A DNA stretch of 64,000 nt from Eledone cirrhosa (GCA_964016885.1 OZ024747.1:9672001-9736000), one strand, 5' to 3'. Positions 40,571 to 54,830 are shown, counted from the first letter of the stretch. A program made the numbers and translations. Notes: generated by a model not told the origin, from the sequence alone.

Positions 40571-43174
40571 TACTGTATTTCAAATGAATAAATTAAGAAT
40601 TTGGTGGGATTTTCTATAATTATTTCATTATGTTGATATTTGTAACATAACAAAAAGTTCTTATATGAAATTAAGTTGAAAGATCTTCTCTTTTCTTCTT
40701 CACCCACTTATTCCTGGTGGGGTGGAGGGGAGTCCTCAAGCATGCTTTCCAACAGGTCCTGTCAGAAGCATCCATCTCCAATTGATCTAGCTGGATCCCC
40801 AAGTGAGACCAGCCAAGCTCATGGATGTTATCTAACCGTCTTGCTTAGGGTTTATCCGTGGGTCTCCCGCCAGTTGGTTTTGCCTAAAAAATCTGATCTG
40901 TCCAGCAATTTTCTTCTGAGACATTCTAACCATATGCCCATAGTATCAGAGCTGTGATCTCCTTGTAAATGTTGGAAGATTTTAATCTAAATAGGAACCC
41001 TTTAAAAAGAGTTGTTTTGATTCATAGAATGAGAGGTTGTTTTTGGCAGGTTTGTAAGAAAGGGTTAAACATACTTATTTGAAACAAGTAGTCTGTGGAT
41101 CATTTATAAATAAGATATTAGTATTGCTCCATCATTTATTTAAGAAATGGTAAGGAGATATTTAAGGGTAGATTTAGCTGCTAAATTGAGAATGTTGAAT
41201 AACTAACTACATAGAAGTTTCATATTACAAAGTAGGGGGTGTCTTTAGAGAGATTAGACTGCTATATTGAGCAGATCAAACAACTGGACTACCTAGAAAA
41301 TCTGTTGCTGTTTCAGTTAATCCTATTAAAAAAATAGGGGTTGTTAATTGATGAAAATGAGTTAGAAGTTTACCAAGGGAGCTTTCACAACTATATCAAA
41401 CTACAAAATGGTTAGACTCTAGTCCATTCATTAAATTTTCTGGTTCCCATTTTTAAAAAAAATTAAGGATTCTGTTTAGGGGTTTTTAGCTGGTACAATG
41501 ATCAAGGTGAGTGACTATATAGAAACTCCCTTATTTATTTATGTCATAAATTGTGCCCACTTCTTTTGTTTTCCTACCCTTTTTCTTATATTTTGTCTTA
41601 GTGTGTATGTGTGAGAGAGAGAGAGTATGTCAGTATGTCATCTGTCCAGCTGCCTGTCTGTCGTTATGTCAGTATGTCATCTGTCCAGCTGCCTGTCTGT
41701 CGTTACTCTGGTTTTCTCAAATACATGAATTTATTTTGGGTTTTTAAGCTGCAGAAACCATGCCAAAAAGGGTTGAGAATACACTTCAGTTGAATTTGGG
41801 ATATGAAAACCAAACTAGTGCTGGTGCCATAATGAAATGCACCCAATACACTCTGTAAAGTGGTTGGCATTAGGAAGGATGTCCAGCTGTAGAAGCCATG
41901 CCAAAACCTGAACATATGTAGGCAAGATGTGGCTGTCAGCCAGTCTAGGAGTACAGAAACCCCAATTAAATTCTGACTTTGTCTGTAACAATCTGACCAA
42001 CTCATGCTGATATGGAAAAACAGACGTAAAATGATGATAATATAATTGATATTCAATAATGATTGATATTCAATATAATAATTATATATAGTTGTCTTTA
42101 ATATCCAGCCTGTACTGAATTTCAGCCAAGAAGGTTAAATAGTTGGAAAGATAGGTTCATGGTTAGATAGATAGAAAGGTAGATATATAGTTAAATAGAT
42201 AGACTGATGGGTAGATATATAGATAGAAAGGTAGATCTATAGTTAAATAGATAGACTGTTGGATAGATATATAGATAGAAAGGTAGATCTATAGTTAAAT
42301 AGACTGTTGGATAGATATAGATGAATGAATATTTGAATAAATTAGATGAAAAAAAGGCCATGTTTTTGGTTTAAATTGGTTTCCAGAATATTTATTCCTT
42401 TTTAAAATAAGATCACTGCCACCCACAATAAAGAGAAGAGGAAGATAAACAAATACTGGGGCTTTGAGTGACCCCTTTCTTTTTATACTGGTTGCTGTTG
42501 AAACCCCTAGTGTATTTGGTTCCCACACTACCAGTTACTGTTGAGCTTTCTGGTGTGGGGATGATGAAATGGTGATGATGATGATTGTGATGGTGATGAT
42601 GATGATTGTGATGGTGATGATTGTGATGGTGATGATTGTGATGGTGGTGAGGATGATGATTGTGATGGTGGTGGTGATCATGATGGTGGTGATGATTGTG
42701 ATGGTGATGATGGAAACAAAAAATAAATATGAAACAAATTTCATTAAGAAAATAAAACAAAATTTATCATAAAAATAATTTCTTGTTGCAAGATGAATAA
42801 GATTGTATTTGTATAAAGTGATTCTAAGAGGGATTGTTAAGACAAGTTGTGTGGTTAATATCAAATTTACCAGGTGTACATAGATTCTTCATTCAACAAC
42901 ATTTGTCTGGGCATTCACATATATACACACTATATACACACACACATTACACATGTTCACACTCAAACATGCATACATATAAAATAGTGAAAATGCACAC
43001 ACACACACACTCACATACACACAGTGAAAAAGGACACACATATATATAGTGAAAATACACACACACACACATAGTGAAAATGTATAGCAATACACATGCA
43101 CGTGCATATATATATACAAAAACAAATCAGAAACTATCCAAAAGCTTTGCATGTGTCAAAATATGTTGATAGCA

Positions 43175-45680
43175 TATTTTGGAAGTGCCATTCCAATAAA
43201 GTCCTGTCAAGATGAGACATGTTGCTAGCTTCATTGTATATTTTGGCAGTGCCATTCCGATGAAGTCCTGTCAAGGCCAGGCTTGTAGCTAGATTTATAG
43301 TAAATTTTGACAATACCATTCCAATGAAGTCCTGTCAAGACCAGGCTTGCTGCTAGAATTTGTAATATATTTTGGCAGTGCCATTCCAATGAAGTCTTGT
43401 CAAGACCAGGCTTGCTGCTAGAATTTGTAATATATTTTGGCAGTGCCATTCCAATGAAGTCCTGTCAAGACCAGGCTTGCTGCTAGAATTTGTAATATAT
43501 TTTGGCAGTGCCATTCCAATGAAGTCTTGTCAAGACCAGGCTTGCTGCTAGATTTGTAATATATTTTGGCAGTGCCATTCCGATGAAGTCCTGTCAAGAC
43601 CAGGCTTGCTGCTAGAATTTGTAATATATTTTGGCAGTGCCATTCCGATGAAGTCCTGTCAAGGCCAGGCTTGCTGCTAGATTTGTAATATATTTTGGCA
43701 GTGCCATTCCGATGAAGTCCTGTCAAGACCAGGCTTGCTGCTAGAATTTGTAATATATTTTGGCAGTGCCATTCCAATGAAGTCTTGTCAAGACCAGGCT
43801 TGCTGCTAGAATTTGTAATATATTTTGGCAGTGCCATTCCAATGAAGTCCTGTCAAGACCAGGCTTGCTGCTAGATTTATAGTAAATTTTGACAATACCA
43901 TTCCAATGAAGTCTTGTCAAGACCAGGCTTGCTGCTAGAATTTGTAATATATTTTGGCAGTGCCATTCTGATGAAGTCCTGTCAAGACCAGGCTTGCTGC
44001 TAGAATTTGTAATATATTTTGGCAGTGCCATTCTGATGAAGTCCTGTCAAGACCAGGCTTGCTGCTAGAATTTGTAATATATTTTGGCAGTGCCATTCTG
44101 ATGAAGTCCTGTCAAGACCAGGCTTGCTGCTAGAATTTGTAATATATTTTGGCAGTGCCATTCTGATGAAGTCCTGTCAAGACCAGGCTTGCTGCTAGAA
44201 TTTGTAATATATTTTGGCAGTGCCATTCCAATGAAGTCCTGTCAACACCAGGCTTGCTGCTAGATTTGTAATATATTTTGGCAGTGCCATTCCAATGAAG
44301 TCCTGTCAAGACCAGGCTTGCTGCTAGATTTGTAATATATTTTGGCAGTGCCATTCCAATGAAGTCCTGTCAAGACCAGGCTTGCTGCTAGAATTTGTAA
44401 TATATTTTGGCAGTGCCATTCCAATGAAGTCCTGTCAAGACCAGGCTTGCTGCTAGATTTGTAATATATTTTGGCAGTGCCATTCCAATGAAGTCCTGTC
44501 AAGACCAGGCTTGCTGCTAGATTTGTAATATATTTTGGCAGTGCCATTCTGATGAAGTCCTGTCAAGACCAGGCTTGCTGCTAGAATTTGTAATATATTT
44601 TGGCAGTGCCATTCTGATGAAGTCCTGTCAAGACCAGGCTTGCTGCTAGATTTATAGTAAATTTTGACAATACCATTCCAATGAAGTCTTGTCAAGACCA
44701 GGCTTGCTGCTAGAATTTGTAATATATTTTGGCAGTGCCATTCTGATGAAGTCCTGTCAAGACCAGGCTTGCTGCTAGATTTGTAATATATTTTGGCAGT
44801 GCCATTCTGATGAAGTCCTGTCAAGACCAGGCTTGCTGCTAGATTTATAGTAAATTTTGACAATACCATTCCAATGAAGTCTTGTCAAGACCAGGCTTGC
44901 TGCTAGAATTTGTAATATATTTTGGCAGTGCCATTCTGATGAAGTCCTGTCAAGACCAGGCTTGCTGCTAGAATTTGTAATATATTTTGGCAGTGCCATT
45001 CTGATGAAGTCCTGTCAAGACCAGGCTTGCTGCTAGATTTGTAATATATTTTGGCAGTGCCATTCCAATGAAGTCCTGTCAAGACCAGGCTTGCTGCTAG
45101 ATTTGTAATATATTTTGGCAGTGCCATTCTGATGAAGTCCTGTCAAGACCAGGCTTGCTGCTAGATTTGTAATATATTTTGGCAGTGCCATTCTGATGAA
45201 GTCCTGTCAAGACCAGGCTTGCTGCTAGATTTGTAATATATTTTGGCAGTGCCATTCCGATGAAGTCCTGTCAAGACCAGGCTTGCTGCTAGATTTATAG
45301 TAAATTTTGACAATACCATTCCAATGAAGTCTTGTCAAGACCAGGCTTGCTGCTAGAATTTGTAATATATTTTGGCAGTGCCATTCTGATGAAGTCCTGT
45401 CAAGACCAGGCTTGCTGCTAGATTTGTAATATATTTTGGCAGTGCCATTCTGATGAAGTCCTGTCAAGACCAGGCTTGCTGCTAGATTTGTAATATATTT
45501 TGGCAGTGCCATTCTGATGAAGTCCTGTCAAGACCAGGCTTGCTGCTAGATTTGTAATATATTTTGGCAGTGCCATTCCAATGAAGTCCTGTCAAGACCA
45601 GGCTTGCTGCTAGATTTGTAATATATTTTGGCAGTGCCATTCCAATGAAGTCCTGTCAAGACCAGGCTTGCTGCTAGATT
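43175..45680. repeat. 64/65-bp satellite, about 38 copies
   Basis: Unit TTTTGGCAGTGCCATTC(C/T)(A/G)ATGAAGTCCTGTCAAGACCAGGCTTGCTGCTAG(A)ATTTGTAATATA; a variant with TTTATAGTAAATTTTGACAATACC recurs several times. Confidence 0.96.
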
Positions 45681-46024
45681 CATTGTAGTCAGCAGTCAGA
45701 TCAACATTCTTGCTAGAATTCTTCTTCCTTGCAATATATTGATCAGCAATTTTATGTCTCTTGCTTCTATTCAACAAATGCTTCACCCCACTGCACGTTA
45801 TCAATGGCACCATTGTTGTTGTTGTTGTTGTCTATCTTTCTATATTATGTATTGTGTGTGTCTGTGTTTGTGTACACACACATTTATAGGGAAAGAGGAC
45901 ATTAAAATGACAATGATGATGATGATATATGTGCAAGCATGGAAAAATGTTAAACTGTGATGATGATGATGGTATATATATATTGCTGCCTGAATGTATG
46001 GTTGTAATCACTAATTAACTTTAA

Positions 46025-46232
46025 CCCTTTAGCATTTAAACCAGCCTTATTCGGTCAGAATTCTCTCATCTCATTCTGGTCAAACCACCCATGACTAGCC
46101 GCTCATACTGATGTTAAGGTATTGTTCTCAAAATAAATAATGTCAAAATCTAGTAGATTCGATATTATGTGAGATAAAGCCTTTACCATGAAAATATAAT
46201 AGTAAATATAGAGTAATGGAAATGGTAAAGGG
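46025..46232. mobile_element. piggyBac-type MITE with TTAA target site duplication
   Basis: TTAA|CCCTTTAGCATTT...AAATGGTAAAGGG|TTAA, 13-bp TIR with one mismatch. Confidence 0.88.
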
Positions 46233-46385
46233 TTAAAGGGATATCTCCAGCATTTAACTCCATTCCTGCACCAGCCAAGGGATTCAACATCAACGATGGA
46301 GGAGTTGCATAATGTAGAGTGCTTTTCCCACTATTACATCATGGTTAACTAAACAGTATGACCAGTTCTTTGCATTGGTGAACCA

Positions 46386-46440
<55 letters not shown>

Positions 46441-46498
46441 GTGTCATGTGTGTGTCTGTATATAGGTATATATATATATATGTATATAGGTATATATA

Positions 46499-46543
<45 letters not shown>

Positions 46544-46545
46544 TA

Positions 46546-46887
46546 TCATCATCATCATCATCATCATTTTACGTCCGCTTTTCCCTGCTTGCAAGGGTGG
46601 GACGGGAACTGATTCTAGCTTCATTTCTACAGCTGGATGCCCTTCCTAACACCAACCTCATTTACAGTGAGTGCTGGGTGCTTTTTTGCCATGGCAGCTC
46701 CACGACCACTTTGCAGTGGAATGATAGGGACCCCAGTCCCTATCTCATTTCTACAGCTGAGTAAACTGGAGCAATGTGAAATAAAGTGTCTTGCTCAAGG
46801 AAACAACACATCACCCGGTCTGAGAATTCAACTCACAACCTTTCGATTGCAAGCCCAATGCTCTAACCACTAAGCCATGTGCCTCCA
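46546..46887 (-). mobile_element. Full-length SINE family B
   Basis: Reverse complement of 21979-22316; flanked by (TA)n. Confidence 0.9.
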
Positions 46888-47117
46888 TATATATATATAT
46901 AAATATAAATTAGCGAGAATCGTATTTCGGCTATTGGAAATTAGCGAAAAACAACTTCCGAGGTGTGTGGCAAGCGCTCCATAGAAGCTAGTGAACTAGA
47001 GCTACAACATAAGTTAAAAGGCCAAACACACTGAGACGATGGTTAAACCATTATCTGCACAGCCATAGAAATGACCAAGTAATTTGGGTCAAACAAATAA
47101 AATATGATTGAAAATTA

Positions 47118-47176
<59 letters not shown>

Positions 47177-48426
47177 TATATCATGTGTGTGTTTATATCC
47201 TGTGACTTAGTGGTTTGTCAAAAAGGAGATCAGTAAAACAATTGCCAGACTTGAATCAATAAGTATTGGTGTTTGATATGATGGACTAAATCAGGGTGTT
47301 GCCCCAGCATGGCCAAAGTCAATTGATTGAAACAATTAAATGACTAGAAGAATGTATGTCAAGTTTATGGAACTATGTACATTTTATGTCTGTCTTGTTG
47401 TTGTTGTTACTGTTGTTGTTGCTGTTACTATCCTTGCTGTTGTTGTTGCTGTTACTATCCTTGCTGTTGTTGTTGTTGCTGTTGTTGTTGTTGTTACTGT
47501 TGTTGTTGCGGCTGCTGTTGTTGTTGTTACTGTTGTTGTTGCTGCTGCTGCTGTTACTGTTGTTGCTGTTGTTATTGTTATTACTGCTGTTGTTGTTACT
47601 GTTGTTGTTAGTCTGACTTAAATGGTGCATAGATTGTTAGTATTTAGTAGCTGTTGTTATCTCAGTGTTCAGCAGGTTTCCCCCTAATCTTGTTATCTTC
47701 TCCCATAATTGTCTTATCCAGTTATCTCCCTTGCTCAGTCATCAACTATTCCACCTTAATATGCAGCAGCTATCTCATGCCACACCCTAAGCCCACCCCA
47801 CCCCACCATCTCAGCATGTCTCAACCCCTAAGTTAACTAACCAACAACCCACCACCACTTTAAAATATCAATTTCAGCTCTTAATTGCCAATGTACAGAA
47901 AATGGTGGTGGTATTGGTGGTGGTGGTGGTAGTGCTGGTTGTAGTGGTGTTGGTAGTGCTGGTGGTATTGATGGTGGTGGTAGTGTTGATTGTAGTAGTG
48001 TTGGTAGTGCTTGTAGTGCTGGTGGTGGAGGTGGTAGTAGTGGTGGTTGTGGTATTGGTGGTGGTGTTTATGGTGGTGGTGGAAACAGTGGAGGTAGTGG
48101 TGGTGGTGGGTGCGTTTTAGCCCTCATCTATTTGTATTTTAAGAGATGCTCTTGTCTTTTTATAATACCTACATGTATTGTTATGGTGGTGGGGTTAGCA
48201 AGCTCCCTTTTCTGCTCTGACAATTTATACAACTAAACAGTCCTTAGATAGGGAAGGCAGAGCTATTTATAAATGTTGCAAAATATATATATAGAGAGAG
48301 AGGGGGATATCTTCCTTAGCTCCCATCTTTTGTATCTTCTTGAAAATAAGGAGCTCAGCAGTAGCTGGGTAAGTGGGTAGAGTGTAGGTGGATGTAAAGG
48401 TAGATGGTGGTTTGGTATATCCACCT

Positions 48427-48467
<41 letters not shown>

Positions 48468-48619
48468 AAACACACAAACACATACACATAATTCTCACTT
48501 TTTTTTTAAAGACACAAAACTAGTTTGAATGTTTGTCTTTCTGAGGTGTGTTTTAGTCAAGGTCAGCTACCATTAAGTGTATCTTTGATGGAGGACATTT
48601 AGAGCTACATTATCTAAGA

Positions 48620-48790
48620 ATGGAGTGGCAGTATCAGTAGAGTATCAGCAAAGAGTTACGGCCCTTTATGGTCTGAGTTCAAATCCCGCCGAGGTTAACT
48701 TTGTCTTTCGTCCTTACAGGGTCGATAAAGTAAAGTACCAGTAATGTACTGAGTAATTGCTGGCCTTGTGCCAAAATGAGAAATAATTAT
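48620..48790 (+). mobile_element. SINE family A
   Basis: Family core and tail present. Confidence 0.82.
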
Positions 48791-50321
48791 CTAAGAAATC
48801 TCTGATGTTATCCAATGGAGGGTCTTCTCACTCCCGTCGGAGGAACCCCTCCCTGGTTGACCTCCACCCAACACAATACCTTCTCACTCCCGTCGGAGGA
48901 ACCCCTCCCTGGTTGACCTCCACTGCTTTTGGCTTTGGTCAAGTCAGGGATGTAGCCATACTCACCACACTTGGACAATTGTGGGTTGGTGAGGTGAGGC
49001 TATTTAACCCTCAGTTAGGGTGCATGGCCATTGACTCTCACTACCCTCACCTCTCTCACCCCTCTCTCCACCTCCCCCCTCTCCCTCTCCACCTCACGCC
49101 CCTCTTCCAGTGGTAATTGAAGCTGTTGAGGTATTGACTTGAGAGGAAATCCCCAAACCTTTTCACCATGCCCAAACCCCCAACATCCATTGCTGTAGCC
49201 ACCAGGAACAGGAAGACTGTCTTATGTGTTCTTCTTTGGGAGGTGAGAGTTGAGCTGAAATTGCTGAAACTCACTCAACCTAGAAGAGATAACAGGGAAC
49301 AGAACCTGTCCAACCCATGCAAGCCTAGAAAAACAGACATAAAAATGATGTGATGATGATGATGAATGTGTTTAAGAGTTTGTGTTGGTTTGTAATGATT
49401 GTTTCCTCTTGATGTGATAAACATCTCTCATGGTGAGATGATTCATCTGGAATTCAGTTTGGTAACTACAGCACTACATCACATAGAGTGGATATAGAGA
49501 TGTTTTAGATGTATAGGTAGGTAGATAGACAGGCAGACAGACTTTTATAGGTAGATAGACAGATAGATGTATAGGTAGATGTATAGATAGATAGATAGGT
49601 AATTAGCTAGTGAGATGTATAGATAGATAGATAGATGTATAGATATATGTATAGATAGAGAAATGTATAGATAGATAGAAAGATAGATAGATGTATAGGT
49701 AGATAGACAGACTACTATAGCTAATTTAGCTTATAAGTAATCCAGCACTAAATACACTGAGGTCTCTGAGGGTGTGTGGCCCTAAGGTATAGCTTATTTA
49801 GCTTCTCGGTAAGTCCAGAACTGGTTGACCCAATCTATAATAGAAAGGTGTTATACAGTGTAGTGAATTGACCAAATCTATGATACAGAGATGATTATTA
49901 GTGCTGTACTTAACCATAACAAGACCCCTAGGCTTTCAGATATTTTAGGCTAGCACTTCAATCTTTCAGTTAAACAAAACCATTTGATGAGTGGGGACTC
50001 CTAGTCCCTGTGGATCCCCTAAAACTTTGCCTAAGGTCCCCTAATATTTTTGCCTTAACCTTATGAGTAATACAGCTCTGGTGACAAGCTTTGGTGCAGA
50101 AATGTTGTGTTGTCTCATTGTTGAACAGATCCACAATAGAGAGGGCCTGGGGTGTGTTAGGTGGACCAGGAGATGAAATCATAATTCAAATTGTTTAAAA
50201 TGATTCACAAACCCAGCCGAGTCAGATACACCACACCTTGATCTAGTTTCTATCAGACACAACATATTCACATTTATGCAGCTGTCTCTCAATATATATA
50301 TATCATCATCATCATCATCGA

Positions 50322-50352
<31 letters not shown>

Positions 50353-50540
50353 GTGAGAGAGATAATATTATTCAGCTTCTGCTGATGAAGTCAATTATTT
50401 TGGTTATGTAACAAGAGACTGGAATGTGGTGTTTTAGATAATAATTTAAATAATGTCTTAATAATATATCTATATCTATATATATATGATGATTTCTAAA
50501 GAATGAAACAGTTCTAGTCCTGTAGAATCTCATCTATCTA

Positions 50541-50611
<71 letters not shown>

Positions 50612-50714
50612 ATGTATATATATACCTCTAACAGATCATCAGCTTGGTGTAAATGAGATAACACAGAAAAAAAATGATGATCCATTAGAGGTGAAACAAA
50701 TTGTTCTCGGAAAT

Positions 50715-50755
<41 letters not shown>

Positions 50756-51636
50756 TCTTTATCCTTCACATTAATATAAAAAATAATAATCATGTATAAT
50801 TATTTTAAATTTTTTACTTTAATTTTTTAGAGAAGGGTCTCAAATTTCATATGGCCTCATCAGGTGAAAGCCTGGCCCTGTCAGCAACCATACTATCTCC
50901 CAGTCTCATAGATTTATTTAGCCAAATATCATGCTACACCACACATATGGTTAACTGTCTTACTTATACACACTTCACATGTGCACTCATATTACATAGA
51001 CACCTACCACATACATACACACTGTATATTCTCACTTACTACATACATACACACTGTATATGTACACCTACCACATACATACACACTTTCTATACACACA
51101 ACCCACATGCACACTTAATATGTACACATACCCCATATATACACACTTTATATACGCATAATCCACATACACACTTTCTATACACTCAATCCACATACAC
51201 ACTTTCTATACACACAACCCACATACACATTTTATATACACACAACCCACATACACACTTTATATACACACAACCCACATACACACTTAATATGTACACC
51301 TACTACATATATACACACTTTCTCTACACACAATCCACATTATCTGCACACTTTCTTATATTCCTCACTTAATGGAAAGACAGCTTAAGGCTTCATTATC
51401 CCACTTTAACCATGTCTAATCTTCATTAATCTCTTCCTCATTCTCCTTCCTCTTCTCTCTCCATCCCTCCTCTTCACCTCTCTCTATCTTAATCTCCATA
51501 TCATTCAGAACACTCTCTCTCCCCCTAGAGTTAGTATATCTACCAACATATGTATACAGATGTACACCTATGCTAGCAAATATATATGTTATGTCTTAGT
51601 ACCTTTGTGGTTCTATGCAAGGGGATGCAGAACAAT

Positions 51637-51739
51637 TATATGAAAGACGTAAAATAAGAAAATTTTAAAATTAAAATTAACTTACTTACTAAAATTTTAG
51701 TAAGTTAATTTTAATTTTAAAATTTTCTTATTTTACGTC

Positions 51740-51748
<9 letters not shown>
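51637..51748. repeat. AT-rich palindrome of about 110 bp next to (TA)n
   Basis: TATATGAAAGACGTAAAATAAG...ACTAAAA|TTTTAGT...CTTATTTTACGTCTTTCATATA, perfect apart from a TTAC duplication. Confidence 0.9.
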
Positions 51749-51790
<42 letters not shown>

Positions 51791-52814
51791 TATATCTCCC
51801 AAGCTATAAAGTTTTACCCTTTTGATACCAAACCACTTGAAACCACCCTTGGTTCTATGATACTAAAGTGTGTTTTTAAGTTGTTTATAACTATCTAAAG
51901 ACCTTTCATTATATTTCTAAGTAAGAATGTTTTGTTATGTTCTAAATATCAGCTTAATTATGAGAAAGTTAATTATATTATTAAACCCTGCCAAATTTTT
52001 ATCCTCAAAATTATTTGAAAATCTTTTATGAGAAAGGATTAAGTTAAGTAAATAAATATATGGAGTTATATCCATGTGTATTTAGTCTCATGTACCCAGG
52101 GATGGAGATCAAACCTGGCCTATTTGTTATTTAACAATCTACCATGATAGGCTTACCTCTCCCTTCCAAACTGTTGATGATAGCTGTAAATATACACAGA
52201 GGAACACACTTATTTACGTAATGATACGAGTTTAATGACCACATAGTAATTACTAGAGTACCAATACTGTGTAGGTTATGAATAAATAAATGCTTTTACC
52301 AAAAGCATTTTAATCTCTACAGAGAATAAACAAATTAAAATGTGTTTGTATATTATCTGTCTGTTTATATATGAATGTATGTATACTCACGTCATAAACA
52401 TAAATATATATCATTTTATGTTTGTTTTTCCATGCTAGAATGAGTTGTCTAGGTGATTATAGACCACATCATAACTTAATCTAAAACATTGTCCTCTTAG
52501 ATATGATGGGGACCATATCTGATTGGCAGTAGTTCTACAGCTGAATACCTTTCCAAATGCCAACCACTTCACAGAGCACACTGGGTACATTTTATTATAG
52601 CACCAACACTAGGGAGATTGTTCTGTCTTTGAAACAACTGCAAAGTTTTTTCAAACCTTTTTGACATACATTCTATGGCTGGATACCCTTCCTAGCACCA
52701 ACCACTTTATAGTGTGTACTGGGTGCCATTTAACGTGACTCCAGCTTTATGTGTATATGTAAAATAAATATATGCGTGTGTTTATGCATCGTAGATAAAA
52801 CCACATAGTTATTT

Positions 52815-52960
52815 CTTCAGCATAGAGTTACGTCCCTTTTCGGTTTGAGTTCAAATCCCATCGAGGTTAACTTTGCCTTTCATCTTTACGGGGTCGATAA
52901 AATAAAGTACCAGTAATGCACTGGGATAATTGCTGGCCTTGTGCCAAAAGTAGAAACAAT
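52815..52960 (+). mobile_element. SINE family A, 5'-truncated
   Basis: Family core and tail present. Confidence 0.82.
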
Positions 52961-52995
<35 letters not shown>

Positions 52996-52996
52996 T

Positions 52997-53027
<31 letters not shown>

Positions 53028-53223
53028 GTTATTGATGGATGTGAGAAAAAGTACTCAATATCAAAGTGGAGTTTAAATATGGTGAGCCTTGAAACACTGG
53101 AGTTTCACCTGTACATTCGCAGCCTGATGATCCTGAGTGAGCAGGTGAGACTCCAGAGTAACAAGGCTCACTACAAAGCCATAATAAATGAATACATACA
53201 TACAGACATATATGTATACATGT

Positions 53224-53436
53224 GAAGGCGTGTGGCTGAGTGGTTAGAGAATTGGATTCGCAATCGTAAGGTTGTGAGTTCGATTCCTGGACCAGGCGAT
53301 GCGTTATGTCCTTGAGCAAGACACTTTATTTCACATTGCTCCTTCTACCTGGAGTTGCGACCGATAGATAGTATTAGCAATTGGAAAGACCAACGGAAAC
53401 ATTGTTCCCTCGGTCCGATTTGACGAAAGTCGATCG
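53224..53436 (+). mobile_element. SINE family C
   Basis: A box TGGCTGAGTGG, B box GAGTTCGATTCC, TGTCCTTGAGCAAGACACTTTATTTCAC, then a tail unlike family B. Confidence 0.87.
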
Positions 53437-53449
53437 TTCCTTTTATACA

Positions 53450-53505
<56 letters not shown>

Positions 53506-54830
53506 GATGTCAATATGGATATATGTTATGAAAAGGAGTGAGAATATGCATGTGCTTGTGCATTTTATTTATTTATCTTTGTTTATGCATATATGATGAT
53601 GATGATGGGGTGGGGGTCTGTTATGGTAAAACAGTTTACTAAATGATAGGTTATCTTTCTATGAAGATAACTGAATCAGGACTGTTTATGTTTAAGAAAT
53701 TATGTAAAGATAGTTCACTTTAGTCACTGCTCTTCGTTTTTATACTTCTAATGTTGCTGTTGTAGTTGTTGTTGTTGTTTAACACCATGTCAACTCTGAG
53801 TATACCTGTAATCAAAGGTATTCCACATATAACCATCCTGTTCTTTCAGGGTTATATTAGACTATTATTATCTAATCTCTAAAGGGTAGGATTTGAGGGA
53901 GATTTGGCTGCTGTTTCTAACAGATCATGCAACCATGGTTGTGGTGGTGGTGTTTAGCACTTAGGTCAATTTTGATCAATAATAATAATAATAATGAAAT
54001 TATTGTGTACAGTGCTCAGGTGTACTACAACTCATCAAAGGTGCATGTATAGTACATAGAATAATGTTCAAGCAGACCTATAACTAAAGATTGATCTCTT
54101 GTCTAGGAGGTAGATTTATATGATTTACTTCTGGTATCAGTAGGCCCATGACGGAACTTTAACATGGTAGCTTGACCTGCTAAAATAGCAGCTAAATCCC
54201 TATCAAATTGCACCCTATGATCTTTAGCGATAAAGAATACATTTAATGGTCTGATACACACAGTCTGTACATGATGTGATGGTCATAACAGGAAAGCTTT
54301 TGATCATAGGTTTGATTAATCAAAACTAGTCAGGAGTTAAAGAACAACAAACACAACAGCTGGTTCTAAGCATTGGTTCTCAAATGGCCTCCTATGGCAG
54401 TGGTTTAAAAGTGTTTGTTCATCTTTTTATGGAGAATATCATTGGATGTTCTCTCAGAAATAGTGTGAAATATCTTCTGTTTAGAGGCAGAATTGAGTAT
54501 TTTTGTGTGTTGCCATCCATGTTGCACAATATGGTCATCTCAAACATGGTGTTTATATAAAGGGAACAATTTGGAGGGAAAGTTAATATAATAGCAATGA
54601 AAATTATTGTGTACAGTGCTAAGGTGCACTACAACTCACCAAAGTGCATGTATAGTACATAGAATAATGACATACAAATGTCAGGAAAGTAACAGTTAAG
54701 TCAGAGGAATTTTAGTGGCTGTTTTCTCTTGTATTATTTTTCTTGAATTATTTTTTGAAGTCTTGCCATTTTTTTTTATTAAAAAAAAAATAACATATCT
54801 AATTCCCTTCTCTTGGTTTTATCTTTTCAG

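Noticed and set aside
43175-45680. CRISPR-like array or repeat protein
   Set aside because: Units are contiguous with no unique spacers, no cas genes, eukaryotic context; mixed 64/65-bp units break frames.
50375-50430. CTGATGAAGTC...GACTGGAA as a hammerhead
   Set aside because: GAAA missing and stems I and III not recoverable; at best a heavily decayed copy.
50830-50875. Minus-strand CTGATGAGGCCATATGAAA as a hammerhead
   Set aside because: No stem II pairing and no stem I or cleavage triplet.
53990-54690. Two 75-bp direct repeats upstream of the large exon as LTRs or enhancers
   Set aside because: They are reverse copies of a dispersed LINE-like 3' tail (GTAGTGCACC..AGCAC..TACACAATAATTTCATTATT) also present near 9420 and 38620.
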